NCBI GenBank assembly: GCA_016184345.1
Contig: JACPCV010000006.1
Location: forward strand, 64,065 to 128,064
Direction: 5' to 3'
Source of the DNA: Candidatus Woesearchaeota archaeon
GTDB taxonomy: Archaea; Nanobdellota; Nanobdellia; Woesearchaeales; UBA10216
Length of the DNA: 64,000 nucleotides
Positions 52,514 through 60,226 of the stretch are shown one piece after another. Below the pieces are notes generated by a model. It did no database searches. It saw only the letters and a program-made list of their open reading frames with translations, and was not told the origin of the DNA. The stretch's first letter is position 1. Every line of letters begins with the position of its first letter. The translations under genes were made by a program, and so were the position numbers.

Positions 52514-53533
52514 TTAAAGCTTTGGCGCAAAACCCGGATTCCACTCATAAAATCCGCGCTCCAGCTGGTATGCAGCAAATTGCAGCATATCAACAATTGC
52601 CCTTGAGCTGATACCATGAGTGACTAAATTGGATTCGCCTTGTAATCGGACGGCTCCCAAAATGATTCCGGCCAGTTCACCATGCTTCGTAATTATAGGT
52701 CCACCACTCATGCCTGGCGCAGCTTCAGCAGTGATTTGAAAATCTTGGAGTTGCACAGACATAACTTTGTCATCACGCAGGCTTCCTGTAAAAGATCGAG
52801 AGATTATTTGTCCATGATGCAAAATCATGCTTAAGCCTTTATATCCCGCCGCAACCACAGGCTCGTCTAAGTTATGCGTTCGCGCAAATCTGATGCCTGT
52901 AGGCATATGACTTCCCGGTATTACTGCTTTTAGCAGAACAAAGTCCTGCATATCTTGCGCACCCAAAGAATAAACTTTTGGTTCTGGCGAACCAATAAAG
53001 AAGTTGAGGTCTAGGGGATACCGTTGTCCTTTGCGGTACATTGCCGCGTAACCGCGCATTGCATCCAACATTTCTTCTATGGGAGAGTCCTTTTTGAAAA
53101 GCCCGCTTGTGACTTCACTCCATGTAGTGAGCTCCTCCTGAACAACGTGCATGGCCGTAAGAATAAAGCCATCATCTGTGAGCCGGATGCCTGTTCCTCG
53201 TTTTTTGCGAGTTCCGGTTTCCTTGTCCAGTATTTCAATCAGGACGGTGTTATCCAGTATTTTTGCCTGCCCTTCTTCAGGAGACCCTGATGGCAAGTCA
53301 TTGTCTGCGACTGCTTCCTGCAATGCCTTTATGCTTGCCAATCGCTCATCAAGGGTATCGTAAATGACCATACCAGAAGGTAATCGGCTTTCATTTATAA
53401 AGATTATAACGCCGCGGGAGGGACTTTCAACGCCCCTGCGTTGAAATGCTCCGAACGCAGTGAGGCTGTTTGAACCCTCAAGCCCTTTCAGGCAGTGAAT
53501 CCTTGTGTGGTATCGTAGGTATCTAAAGGACAC
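52514..53533 (-). CDS. trypsin-like (S1/PA-clan) serine protease without signal peptide
   Basis: Catalytic motifs LTAMHVV (His), DFVLLK (Asp) and GMSGGPI (Ser). The start is uncertain: GTG at 53533 or ATG at 53371. Confidence 0.7.
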   Translation of the reverse strand: MSFRYLRYHTRIHCLKGLEGSNSLTAFGAFQRRGVESPSRGVIIFINESRLPSGMVIYDTLDERLASIKALQEAVADNDLPSGSPEEGQAKILDNTVLIEILDKETGTRKKRGTGIRLTDDGFILTAMHVVQEELTTWSEVTSGLFKKDSPIEEMLDAMRGYAAMYRKGQRYPLDLNFFIGSPEPKVYSLGAQDMQDFVLLKAVIPGSHMPTGIRFARTHNLDEPVVAAGYKGLSMILHHGQIISRSFTGSLRDDKVMSVQLQDFQITAEAAPGMSGGPIITKHGELAGIILGAVRLQGESNLVTHGISSRAIVDMLQFAAYQLERGFYEWNPGFAPKL

Positions 53534-53713
53534 CTAAATGCCCTTAGCAATCTTCCGGTCCGCAAGCCTTCTGGACTTGTCGAATCACCGCGATACCAGG
53601 TTACGCGACCGCGGCATGACCCCTTTTGCGAAAAGCGGTCAATCGGAAAACCGAAGACTGCTGCAAAAAAGGTCAATTTAGAAGAAGTAATGGCATCTTT
53701 TAAATGTTTTTGG

Positions 53714-54574
53714 TTAAACAACTGATAGAAGTGCTGCCCCGGCAACTATCGCTGCTGTTCCAAGAATGACGTTTCTGGTTATTCTCTCCTGCTGCCTCAG
53801 CAGTACGAATGACAGGATTAGCGCAAACAGCGGCTGGGTGCTCAGCAACGGAAACACAACGCTCACTTTGCCTAACCCTATGGCGAGGAACATCAGCGTG
53901 AAGGCCGCAGCAGCAAACATCCCTGCAATTACAAACCATTTTGCAGCTTTCAAGCTTAAGGGCACTTCCTTCCACTTGCCAAGCCAGGCAATCACAATTA
54001 ACTGGAAGAGCAGTGCTGAAGTGAAGGCTGATGCCATTCCGCTTACTGGCGTGTTTGAGATGTTAAGTGCGAGCTTGGTTGCGACAGCCGCTGCCCCTAT
54101 CGCTGCTGAGCCAGCAACAGCCATAAGCACGTATTTCAGGCTGCTGGTAACCTTGCCCTGCTTCAAAGTGAGAAGCACTACGCCTGCTATTATCAGGAGC
54201 GTGCCTGAGATTATGGCAGTTGTAAGCGATTCATTGAGGAAAATTACCGAGAGCGTTGTTGAAACAAAAGGGGATGCCGCTATTATTGGCACTGTTACCG
54301 CAACTCCGATTCTGCGCAGCGCTATGAATATGAGAAGGGCTGAGATTCCTGGGTCAAGTATTCCCCTAATGGCAAAGAGCGCCAATGCTGGTGCTGTTGA
54401 AGGAATTTCTAGGCCTTGTAGCAGCACAACCAGCCACAAGACAACCATTGCTGAAGATACGGTCAGCAATGCGGTGAAAGGCGAGCTGAACTTTCTTAGC
54501 GCGTTCCTCACTGTCACATTTGTTAGCGCGAATGCAATGGCGCTTCCTATTGCGAACAGCTCTGCCGGGGGCAT
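53714..54574 (-). CDS. EamA/DMT-family transporter
   Basis: 286 aa, 10 TM segments, EamA-like repeats. The plus-strand 275-aa ORF is its antisense shadow. Confidence 0.8.
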   Translation of the reverse strand: MPPAELFAIGSAIAFALTNVTVRNALRKFSSPFTALLTVSSAMVVLWLVVLLQGLEIPSTAPALALFAIRGILDPGISALLIFIALRRIGVAVTVPIIAASPFVSTTLSVIFLNESLTTAIISGTLLIIAGVVLLTLKQGKVTSSLKYVLMAVAGSAAIGAAAVATKLALNISNTPVSGMASAFTSALLFQLIVIAWLGKWKEVPLSLKAAKWFVIAGMFAAAAFTLMFLAIGLGKVSVVFPLLSTQPLFALILSFVLLRQQERITRNVILGTAAIVAGAALLSVV

Positions 54575-54596
54575 GCGCAGTCGTGCTTCCTAAACC

Positions 54597-54604
54597 TTTA
54601 TAAA
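54597..54604 (+). promoter_or_regulatory. TATA box (TTTATAAA) for the tRNA gene
   Basis: Centred about 30 nt upstream of tRNA position 1. Confidence 0.5.
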
Positions 54605-54630
54605 CGTTTGGACAAAACCTTCAAAGCATA

Positions 54631-54759
54631 AGCGGGGTAGGGCAGACTTCGGCAACGAAGCGGTGCCGGAAGCCTAACCAGGAGTGCCCGGTGGGCTCAT
54701 AACCCACAGGTCGTTGGAAGTTCCAAAAGAACTGACGGATTCAAATCCAGCCCCCGCTA
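54631..54759 (+). tRNA. initiator tRNA-Met (CAU) carrying two intron-like insertions (D-loop ~30 nt; between T-stem and T-loop 22 nt)
   Basis: Acceptor AGCGGGG/CCCCGCT (A1:U72), U8, D-stem GGGC/GCCC. Anticodon arm GTGGG-CTCATAA-CCCAC (G29-31:C39-41). Variable loop AGGTC, T-stem GTTGG/CCAGC, T-loop TTCAAAT, discriminator A. 129 nt in total, against about 75 expected. Confidence 0.75.
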
Positions 54760-54760
54760 G

Positions 54761-54796
54761 GGGCTGAGGCGATATTCGCTTCAGCCTCAATTTTCT
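54761..54796 (+). terminator. hairpin (GGGCTGAGGCG-ATATT-CGCTTCAGCCT) followed by T-rich tract
   Basis: Starts 2 nt after the tRNA 3' end, followed by CAATTTTCT. Overlaps the stop of the convergent LAGLIDADG gene. Confidence 0.5.
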
Positions 54797-55593
54797 AATT
54801 TTGTAGCAGCCACTAAAGCTATTTTAACTTTTAATCTATCACTATTTACATTACGAGCTTGCCAAAGCTGAAATTTATTAAGATGCTTTGGACTGGCAAA
54901 GCCAATCATCTTCATCCACGAAATCAATTGCGTTGGACCGTAAATATGAATTCTGTGAATAATACTAAAGCCTCTTTTAAATCTGATATCCTTTTGAACT
55001 ATATCGAAGGAACGAGAGACTTTGAGACCAAGTAATTCCAATGCAGATGCAATTTCTTCCATATAAGCCCTACTTTTAGAAGCGCCTGTAATCACAGGAT
55101 AATAGGGCAGTGATTTGTAGCGCTTTTTTAATGTTAGGCAAAAATCAGTATCAGCCAAGCCACGGATGTAGGACTTCAGGAAAGGTTGATTTTCTTTAAT
55201 CCAAAAAGGGATTTTAAGCTGGTTATATTTATTATTTGAAGGCAGACCTAGAATTTGAGTCAGATAAGTTGCTATCCACTTTGAGCCAAACTCGAAACCG
55301 AAAGTTCCTGAGTGAAAGTCTTTGACCTTTACTTCTAAGTTGAATAGCTTCTTGAGTAAAGGTAAGAGCACATCGAAATAAAGGGGCTTCTCATCAAGGG
55401 GGTTGCCTGAACAATGAATCCCATACCGCTGCTTATCAAGATTAAGTTCTATATGCCCATCACCTGCAAGAATCCCACAGAAATACGCCAAATCGTCCGA
55501 GTATTCTGTAGGCAATCGTATGCCTTTTTTTATGTCAACATGTGAAGGCTTAACTTCAAACTCATCAAATCGTATCAAATTGCTCATTTTCAT
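54787..55593 (-). CDS. free-standing LAGLIDADG homing endonuclease (double-motif)
   Basis: Motifs FCGILAGDGH and YIRGLADTDF about 105 aa apart. AT-rich. The ATG at 55593 with GGAG upstream is preferred to the TTG at 55617. Confidence 0.85.
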   Translation of the reverse strand: MKMSNLIRFDEFEVKPSHVDIKKGIRLPTEYSDDLAYFCGILAGDGHIELNLDKQRYGIHCSGNPLDEKPLYFDVLLPLLKKLFNLEVKVKDFHSGTFGFEFGSKWIATYLTQILGLPSNNKYNQLKIPFWIKENQPFLKSYIRGLADTDFCLTLKKRYKSLPYYPVITGASKSRAYMEEIASALELLGLKVSRSFDIVQKDIRFKRGFSIIHRIHIYGPTQLISWMKMIGFASPKHLNKFQLWQARNVNSDRLKVKIALVAATKLEN

Positions 55594-55668
55594 CTTCTTC
55601 ACACTCCAAAACCTCAATCAAGCGTTGAGGTTTCTTCCGTTAGGAAAGAAACTTCCGCAGTTTGGAAA

Positions 55669-55762
55669 GGAGGACGCTGAGCGGAGCTGCCTAATTGCTT
55701 TTAGCGATTAGCGACCCTGCATAGCAGGGGAAAAGCATAATTTGGCAGCTCTGCGGTCCTCC
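55669..55762. other. 94-nt rod-like imperfect inverted repeat (candidate structured RNA)
   Basis: GGAGGAC/GTCCTCC and AGCTGCC/GGCAGCT outer helices enclose a CCCTGC-ATA-GCAGGG hairpin. A separate 9-bp hairpin lies at 55609-55633. Confidence 0.3.
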
Positions 55763-55905
55763 GAGCCCCTCATAAGAAGTCATTTATATACCTTAGCCGG
55801 GCACTTGTCCAGTGTCCAGTGAGAAACTACGAGAATTCTGGAAAATTTTCGGGTTAAGTGCACAAAACCATCAACATTAAAAACAGGGTAAAATATGACT
55901 TAAGT

Positions 55906-56733
55906 ATGACCGAAGAGTCAGAATATTACGTGTATGTTTATATTGATCCAAGGAATTATGAGGAATTCTATTATGGAAAGGGTAAAGGGGATAGAAAAGA
56001 AGCTCATTTATTTGATGAAGGCGACTCAGAAAAATCAAAAAGGATAAAGGACATAAAAAATGAGGGGCTTAATCCAATAATAAGGGTAATTGCAAAAGGC
56101 CTTTCAGAAAGTGATGCGTTTTTAATTGAAAAAACATTGATTTGGAAATTAGGTCGCACACTTACAAACAAGTCGTCTGGACATTTTGCCGAGAAATTCA
56201 GGCCGCATAACACCTTTCATGTATCCCTTCCATTGTTCGACTATAAAAATGGAGTTTATTATGTCAACGTGGGGGAAGGAAGCACACGCTGCTGGGAAGA
56301 TTGCCAAAAGTATTGTTTTATTTCAGCGGGTCAAGGGAAAAAATGGAGCGACCAAATCAAATCCTTGGAAATTGGTGATGTTGTGGTTGCGTATCTTAAA
56401 AAGCACGGCTTTGTTGGAATAGGTAGGGTTAAAGAAAAAGCTGTGCCCGTACTTGACTTCAGGTTTAACGGCGGTTTACTCTCTGATTTTGAACTTAAAA
56501 GCAAGGAGATTTTCAAAAATTGCAAAAACGAAAACGGAGAATTTTTAGTAAAAATAGATTGGATTAAAACAGTTGACAGAAGGCGTGCAAGATTCCAAAG
56601 GAATGCGGGTCTTTTCACAACCCAACTCGTAAAGGCTTCGCTGGATAAGCAGATCAAAACTTTAGAATTTTTAGAACAGGGATTCGGATTAAAGTTCAGC
56701 GACATATTATTAAAAGATATAAAACGAAGTTAA
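55906..56733 (+). CDS. GIY-YIG nuclease-domain protein with unassigned C-terminal domain
   Basis: N-terminal YYVYVYIDPRNYEEFYYGKGKGDRKEAH...IEKTLI fits GIY-YIG. The C-terminal ~170 aa (KKWSDQIKSLEIGDVVVAYLKKHGFVGIGRV) may be a PUA/EVE-like fold (guess). TATA-like TCATTTATATACC at 55781-55793. Confidence 0.75.
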   Translation: MTEESEYYVYVYIDPRNYEEFYYGKGKGDRKEAHLFDEGDSEKSKRIKDIKNEGLNPIIRVIAKGLSESDAFLIEKTLIWKLGRTLTNKSSGHFAEKFRPHNTFHVSLPLFDYKNGVYYVNVGEGSTRCWEDCQKYCFISAGQGKKWSDQIKSLEIGDVVVAYLKKHGFVGIGRVKEKAVPVLDFRFNGGLLSDFELKSKEIFKNCKNENGEFLVKIDWIKTVDRRRARFQRNAGLFTTQLVKASLDKQIKTLEFLEQGFGLKFSDILLKDIKRS

Positions 56734-56742
56734 AGGCAAAAA

Positions 56743-57408
56743 ATGGTTCTAATCTGCGGTATTGACGAAGCCGGTCGCGGTCCCATCATAGGCCCGATGG
56801 TAATGGCTGGAGTGCTGACTGACGAGGCTGGTGCGACCGAGCTCAAAAAGATTGGTGCAAAGGATTCCAAGCTGCTCAGTCCAAGGCAGCGGGAGCAGCT
56901 TTTCAGCAAGATAGTCAAGATTGTCAAAGATTACAAAGTCGTTGTAATCAGCCCTGCCGAGATTGACGCTTCTGTGAAGTCGGATGATGGGATGAACCTC
57001 AACTGGCTTGAGGCGCACAAGTCAGCAGAAATAATCAACGCGCTCAATCCTGAGAAGGTAATTATTGACAGCCCCAGCAACAATGTTGAAAACTATAAGA
57101 ATTACCTGATGAAGCTACTGAAAAACAAGAAAATTGAGGCTGTTGTGGAGCACAAGGCTGACGTGAACCACGTTGAGTGCTCTGCTGCTTCTATCCTTGC
57201 GAAAGTAACCAGGGACGAGGAGATAGAAAAAATCAAGAAAGTTGTCGTGGAAGACTTCGGCAGCGGCTACCTCGCTGACCCGAAAACAATAGAGTTCTTT
57301 GACAAGTACTTCGAAACATACCCTGACATTTTCAGGAAAAGCTGGGCTCCTTACGGGAAGAAGCTGGAAGGTAAGTGGCAGAGGAAGCTGGGCGATTTTG
57401 AGGACTAG
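56743..57408 (+). CDS. rnhB: ribonuclease HII
   Basis: ICGIDEAGRGPIIGPMV, DSK, IIDSP and SAASILAK motifs. Confidence 0.9.
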   Translation: MVLICGIDEAGRGPIIGPMVMAGVLTDEAGATELKKIGAKDSKLLSPRQREQLFSKIVKIVKDYKVVVISPAEIDASVKSDDGMNLNWLEAHKSAEIINALNPEKVIIDSPSNNVENYKNYLMKLLKNKKIEAVVEHKADVNHVECSAASILAKVTRDEEIEKIKKVVVEDFGSGYLADPKTIEFFDKYFETYPDIFRKSWAPYGKKLEGKWQRKLGDFED

Positions 57409-57409
57409 C

Positions 57410-57853
57410 TCATGGCCTTATCTGCGAGTTCTTTATTGTGTTAAGTATTAGCACGGTGTTGGTTGACTCCACAAAGTCGTAGGTCTGTATTTTTTTCAGG
57501 AAGGTGTCAAGCGCCCTCCTATTTTTGAATTTTGCTATTATGGTACTGTCAAAGTCGCCTGTTATGTCAAAGACCGCGGCAACAGCGGGGTTGCCGGCTA
57601 TTTTGCTCTCCACCTCAAACAATTTCCCCTTGGATATTTTCATATTTATTATGGCATCAATGTCATAGCCGAGTTTTTCATAGTCAAGTATGGCAGTGTA
57701 GCCCTTTACAATGCCCTCCTTCTCCAGCCGCTTTATCCTGTTCATTACGGTGGCCACCGAAACCCCGATTTTTGAGGCAATCCGCCTGTACGAAAGCCGT
57801 GAGTCAGAGAGGAGAACGTCAAGGAGCCTGCGGTCGGTTTCGTCGATTGCCAT
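57410..57853 (-). CDS. Lrp/AsnC-family transcriptional regulator
   Basis: DETDRRLLDVLLSDSRLSYRRIASKIGVSVATVMNRIKRLEKEGIV plus a RAM domain. The ATG at 57853 is preferred over the long ORF start. Confidence 0.85.
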   Translation of the reverse strand: MAIDETDRRLLDVLLSDSRLSYRRIASKIGVSVATVMNRIKRLEKEGIVKGYTAILDYEKLGYDIDAIINMKISKGKLFEVESKIAGNPAVAAVFDITGDFDSTIIAKFKNRRALDTFLKKIQTYDFVESTNTVLILNTIKNSQIRP

Positions 57854-57901
57854 CTTGCCAAAGGTTAAGTTAATTGTGCTTTTGACCAAATTTAATTGGC
57901 T

Positions 57902-57945
57902 ATTATATAAATTTTTTGTCAAAAAGTAAACATATGTTTATATAA
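57902..57945. promoter_or_regulatory. AT-rich divergent promoter region with two TATA-like boxes
   Basis: ATTATATAAAT (57902-57912, serves the minus-strand lrp) and TTTATATAA (57937-57945, serves the plus-strand micro-ORF transcript). Confidence 0.4.
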
Positions 57946-58016
57946 GTGCCACAAAATTATTAATAAGTCCAAAAGTTACTACAAGTTGCGTTGCAGTTAA
58001 GCACGAGGTGACGAAA

Positions 58017-58103
58017 ATGGAAGGCCTGAAGGAGTTTGAGTACGACGAGGACGGCGTCAAGGACTTCTACGATGCCTTTGAGGTCTCGCTCGAGAACGAC
58101 TAA
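58017..58103 (+). CDS. possible 28-aa acidic micro-protein (MEGLKEFEYDEDGVKDFYDAFEVSLEND)
   Basis: Translated by hand. ATG preceded by GAGGTGA 7 nt upstream. GC-rich codon usage contrasts with the AT-rich promoter. Confidence 0.35.
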   Translation: MEGLKEFEYDEDGVKDFYDAFEVSLEND

Positions 58104-58106
58104 AAA

Positions 58107-58236
58107 ATGTTGCCGGAGAGGCAATGTCAGCGGAGAGCTGACACAAATCGGCTTTGCCGATTGTGCAGTCGGCCACTGCCGACTTGCATGCTTCGTCTTA
58201 TGACGAAGCAACATCCTTATTGCCTAGGGCAAGAAG
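58107..58236 (+). ncRNA. array of six consecutive hairpins (candidate structured RNA / UTR)
   Basis: H1 58110-58124 (TTGCC-GGAGA-GGCAA). H2 58126-58142 (GTCAGC-GGAGA-GCTGAC). H3 58146-58162 (7 bp). H4 58165-58187 (9 bp with a bulge). H5 58190-58209 (8 bp). H6 58216-58236 (5+3 bp). Spacers are 1-6 nt. Confidence 0.4.
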
Positions 58237-58312
58237 TAAGCGCTGGGGAAGAGGGCTTCATGGTTGGATTCATGGAAGTGGAAGATTAGGAAAATTAAAG
58301 GAGGCAGCTTCT

Positions 58313-58624
58313 GTGGGTTATAGCAATACAAACGGGCATGACAAGGATAATAACGGTTCAGGCAGGATTTCTTTGAATGATGCCAGGGTAGTGTTTGCTC
58401 ATATGCGGCCAACTGTCACAAGGAATTATCTCCTCAGGAAAGGAGCGGTGCTGTACAGCAGCCCTGGTTCGCAGCAGCCCTTAAATGGCGAAGCAAAGGA
58501 TTTTAACCCTTTGCAGCTTTGGGTTGACATAAGTGATGTTGAAAGGGCTATACTGTCAATTACAACTCCATCAATCAGGCACGCTGCGCAATATCGATTG
58601 GAAGAAATTGTAGACAAATCCTAG
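58313..58624 (+). CDS. hypothetical protein (103 aa)
   Basis: GTG start with AAGGAGG 7 nt upstream. The longer TTG-initiated ORF (58154) would run through the hairpin array. Its stop overlaps the HerA-like gene stop (CTAG). Confidence 0.4.
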   Translation: MGYSNTNGHDKDNNGSGRISLNDARVVFAHMRPTVTRNYLLRKGAVLYSSPGSQQPLNGEAKDFNPLQLWVDISDVERAILSITTPSIRHAAQYRLEEIVDKS

Positions 58625-60174
58625 CTTTTCAGCTCAGGGAACGCTATCCTTGCATGGCCTGGCTTGTTCTTTGCAGCGGCTGCAGCTGCCACTTCGCTGA
58701 AAAGTGGAATCATTATTGGGATTGCGAACCTGGTGAATGCGCTTGTTATGATGGCTTCGCCCTTGTCAAGCGATGCTATGTTCCTGTCGTCTGTTGCAAG
58801 GTCCTGCGCAGCTGATTCAATGAGTGCAGCCCTTTCTGGTGCCATTTCCATGCCGAGGATTACCTTGGTGTTCATGTTTGCCAGTATTTCCTTTGGTATG
58901 AGGGAGGGCAGCTGGGTTATGGCTATCAGCCCGACCTTGAACTTCCTGCCTTCCCTTGCTATCCTGAGGAAGACATTTCCCCCTTTTTCAATGACTTCCT
59001 TGCCGAGCACCCTTGGTGCTTCCTCAACAACAATTGATATAACCGGCTTGCTGTCAAGCTTGCCTTCGCGCTTGTAGTTCTGGTATTTTCTGAGTGCTTC
59101 GCTTGCGAACAGGCTTCCGATGAGCAGCTCAACCTGGCCTGAGAAGCTGGACGTGTCCATGATTACGCACCTGCCGCTTTCAAGGTGTTCAAGCACGTCG
59201 CTGATTGTTGACTGGCCTGCCTCTATGTCAAACACGCCTCTTGGGTATATTTCGTTGTCTTTCACTTCCAGGTCAAGGAGTGACTGCAGCCTGCGCCTTA
59301 GCACGCTGATTGTGCCTTCCTGGAAGTTTGGCGGGAGCTCACCAGTCAATATCTCTTCTATCCATTTGCTGCCGTATTTTTTGCTGTAGTAGCCGAGCGC
59401 TTCCCTTTGTGCGTCAGACCAGTTGACAACCCCTGTGAAGTGTGAAGGCCTGATGTGCCTGATGTTAACTTTTAGCGTCCTTGCCCCCTGTGGCGGGCTG
59501 TTTGGTGTGTAATAGATAATTTTGCCTTTATCGGGAAAGTCCTTCAGCCCTGCCCTGTTCCTGCCGTAATATTCATCGTGCGGGTCAAGCACCAGCACTC
59601 CTGCGTAATCATTTGATGCGAGGTCCCACAGCATGCAGGATGTCAGGTTGGACTTTCCCTTGCCTGTCTGTGCAGCTATCAGGATGTGGTGCGACAGGGC
59701 TTTTTCGCCGTCAATCCTTATGTCAAAGTCTATGGCGTTTGAGCCTGAGCGTATCATTCCAAGCGAGAGCGGCGTGGCTGGCGTTGAAAGGAATGACAGG
59801 TCTTCAGCCATTATCCTTCTGGCCTGTGAAAAGAATGCCGGAAGAGACTTGCATATCCTTGCCTCCCTGCCATTGATGAGCAGCAGCGGCTTCAGAGATG
59901 CGAGCGTGTAGCTCCTAAGCTCTTTGTCAAGCAGCTCAAGGTCGTTCTCGCCTTCAAGTTTCACTCCCGAAATTAGCTCAAGGCTTTGCTGCGAGAGCTG
60001 TGAGCCGTAAGCAAGGTCAAACAGCTGCAGCAGTATTTTGCCTTCAGGAAATTGCGTTACGAGGAGCTCGCCTATCTCAAGCTTCGTGCCTGATTTCTGC
60101 CTGAGGATGACCCTGTCAAACTCCCCTGAGATGACCTGCCCTACTGCCTGCCCGCTTTCCCATTCCCCATCCAT
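58621..60174 (-). CDS. HerA-like (DUF87, FtsK-HerA superfamily) ATPase
   Basis: Walker [12 protein letters not shown] and Walker [12 protein letters not shown]; N-terminal barrel-like segment [16 protein letters not shown]. The ATG at 60174 avoids overlap with the divergent gene. Confidence 0.85.
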   Translation of the reverse strand: MDGEWESGQAVGQVISGEFDRVILRQKSGTKLEIGELLVTQFPEGKILLQLFDLAYGSQLSQQSLELISGVKLEGENDLELLDKELRSYTLASLKPLLLINGREARICKSLPAFFSQARRIMAEDLSFLSTPATPLSLGMIRSGSNAIDFDIRIDGEKALSHHILIAAQTGKGKSNLTSCMLWDLASNDYAGVLVLDPHDEYYGRNRAGLKDFPDKGKIIYYTPNSPPQGARTLKVNIRHIRPSHFTGVVNWSDAQREALGYYSKKYGSKWIEEILTGELPPNFQEGTISVLRRRLQSLLDLEVKDNEIYPRGVFDIEAGQSTISDVLEHLESGRCVIMDTSSFSGQVELLIGSLFASEALRKYQNYKREGKLDSKPVISIVVEEAPRVLGKEVIEKGGNVFLRIAREGRKFKVGLIAITQLPSLIPKEILANMNTKVILGMEMAPERAALIESAAQDLATDDRNIASLDKGEAIITSAFTRFAIPIMIPLFSEVAAAAAAKNKPGHARIAFPELKS

Positions 60175-60226
60175 GAGATGTGAGGAATAAAAAACGTTTA
60201 AAAAGATTGCCATCTTTCTGCGCAGC

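Noticed and set aside
53534-53713. GC-rich intergenic region upstream of the trypsin-like protease, with short hairpins and a TCGAATC motif, considered as a possible tRNA or ncRNA
   Set aside because: No cloverleaf can be drawn: there is no acceptor/T-arm pairing. The hairpins are short (5 bp) and the region may simply be the 5' UTR or an alternative N-terminal coding region of the protease.
53766-54593. 275-aa plus-strand ORF overlapping the EamA transporter gene
   Set aside because: The minus-strand product has the 10-TM EamA pattern. The plus-strand product is Ser/Ala/Thr-rich with no structure, so it is a shadow ORF.
57960-58214. 84-aa minus-strand ORF across the micro-ORF and hairpin array
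   Set aside because: It runs antisense through a stack of palindromic hairpins, which read open on both strands by symmetry. No start context or motif.
58154-58312. Long version (TTG start) of the 58154..58624 ORF
   Set aside because: The TTG start lies inside hairpin H3 with no SD, whereas a strong AAGGAGG precedes the in-frame GTG at 58313.
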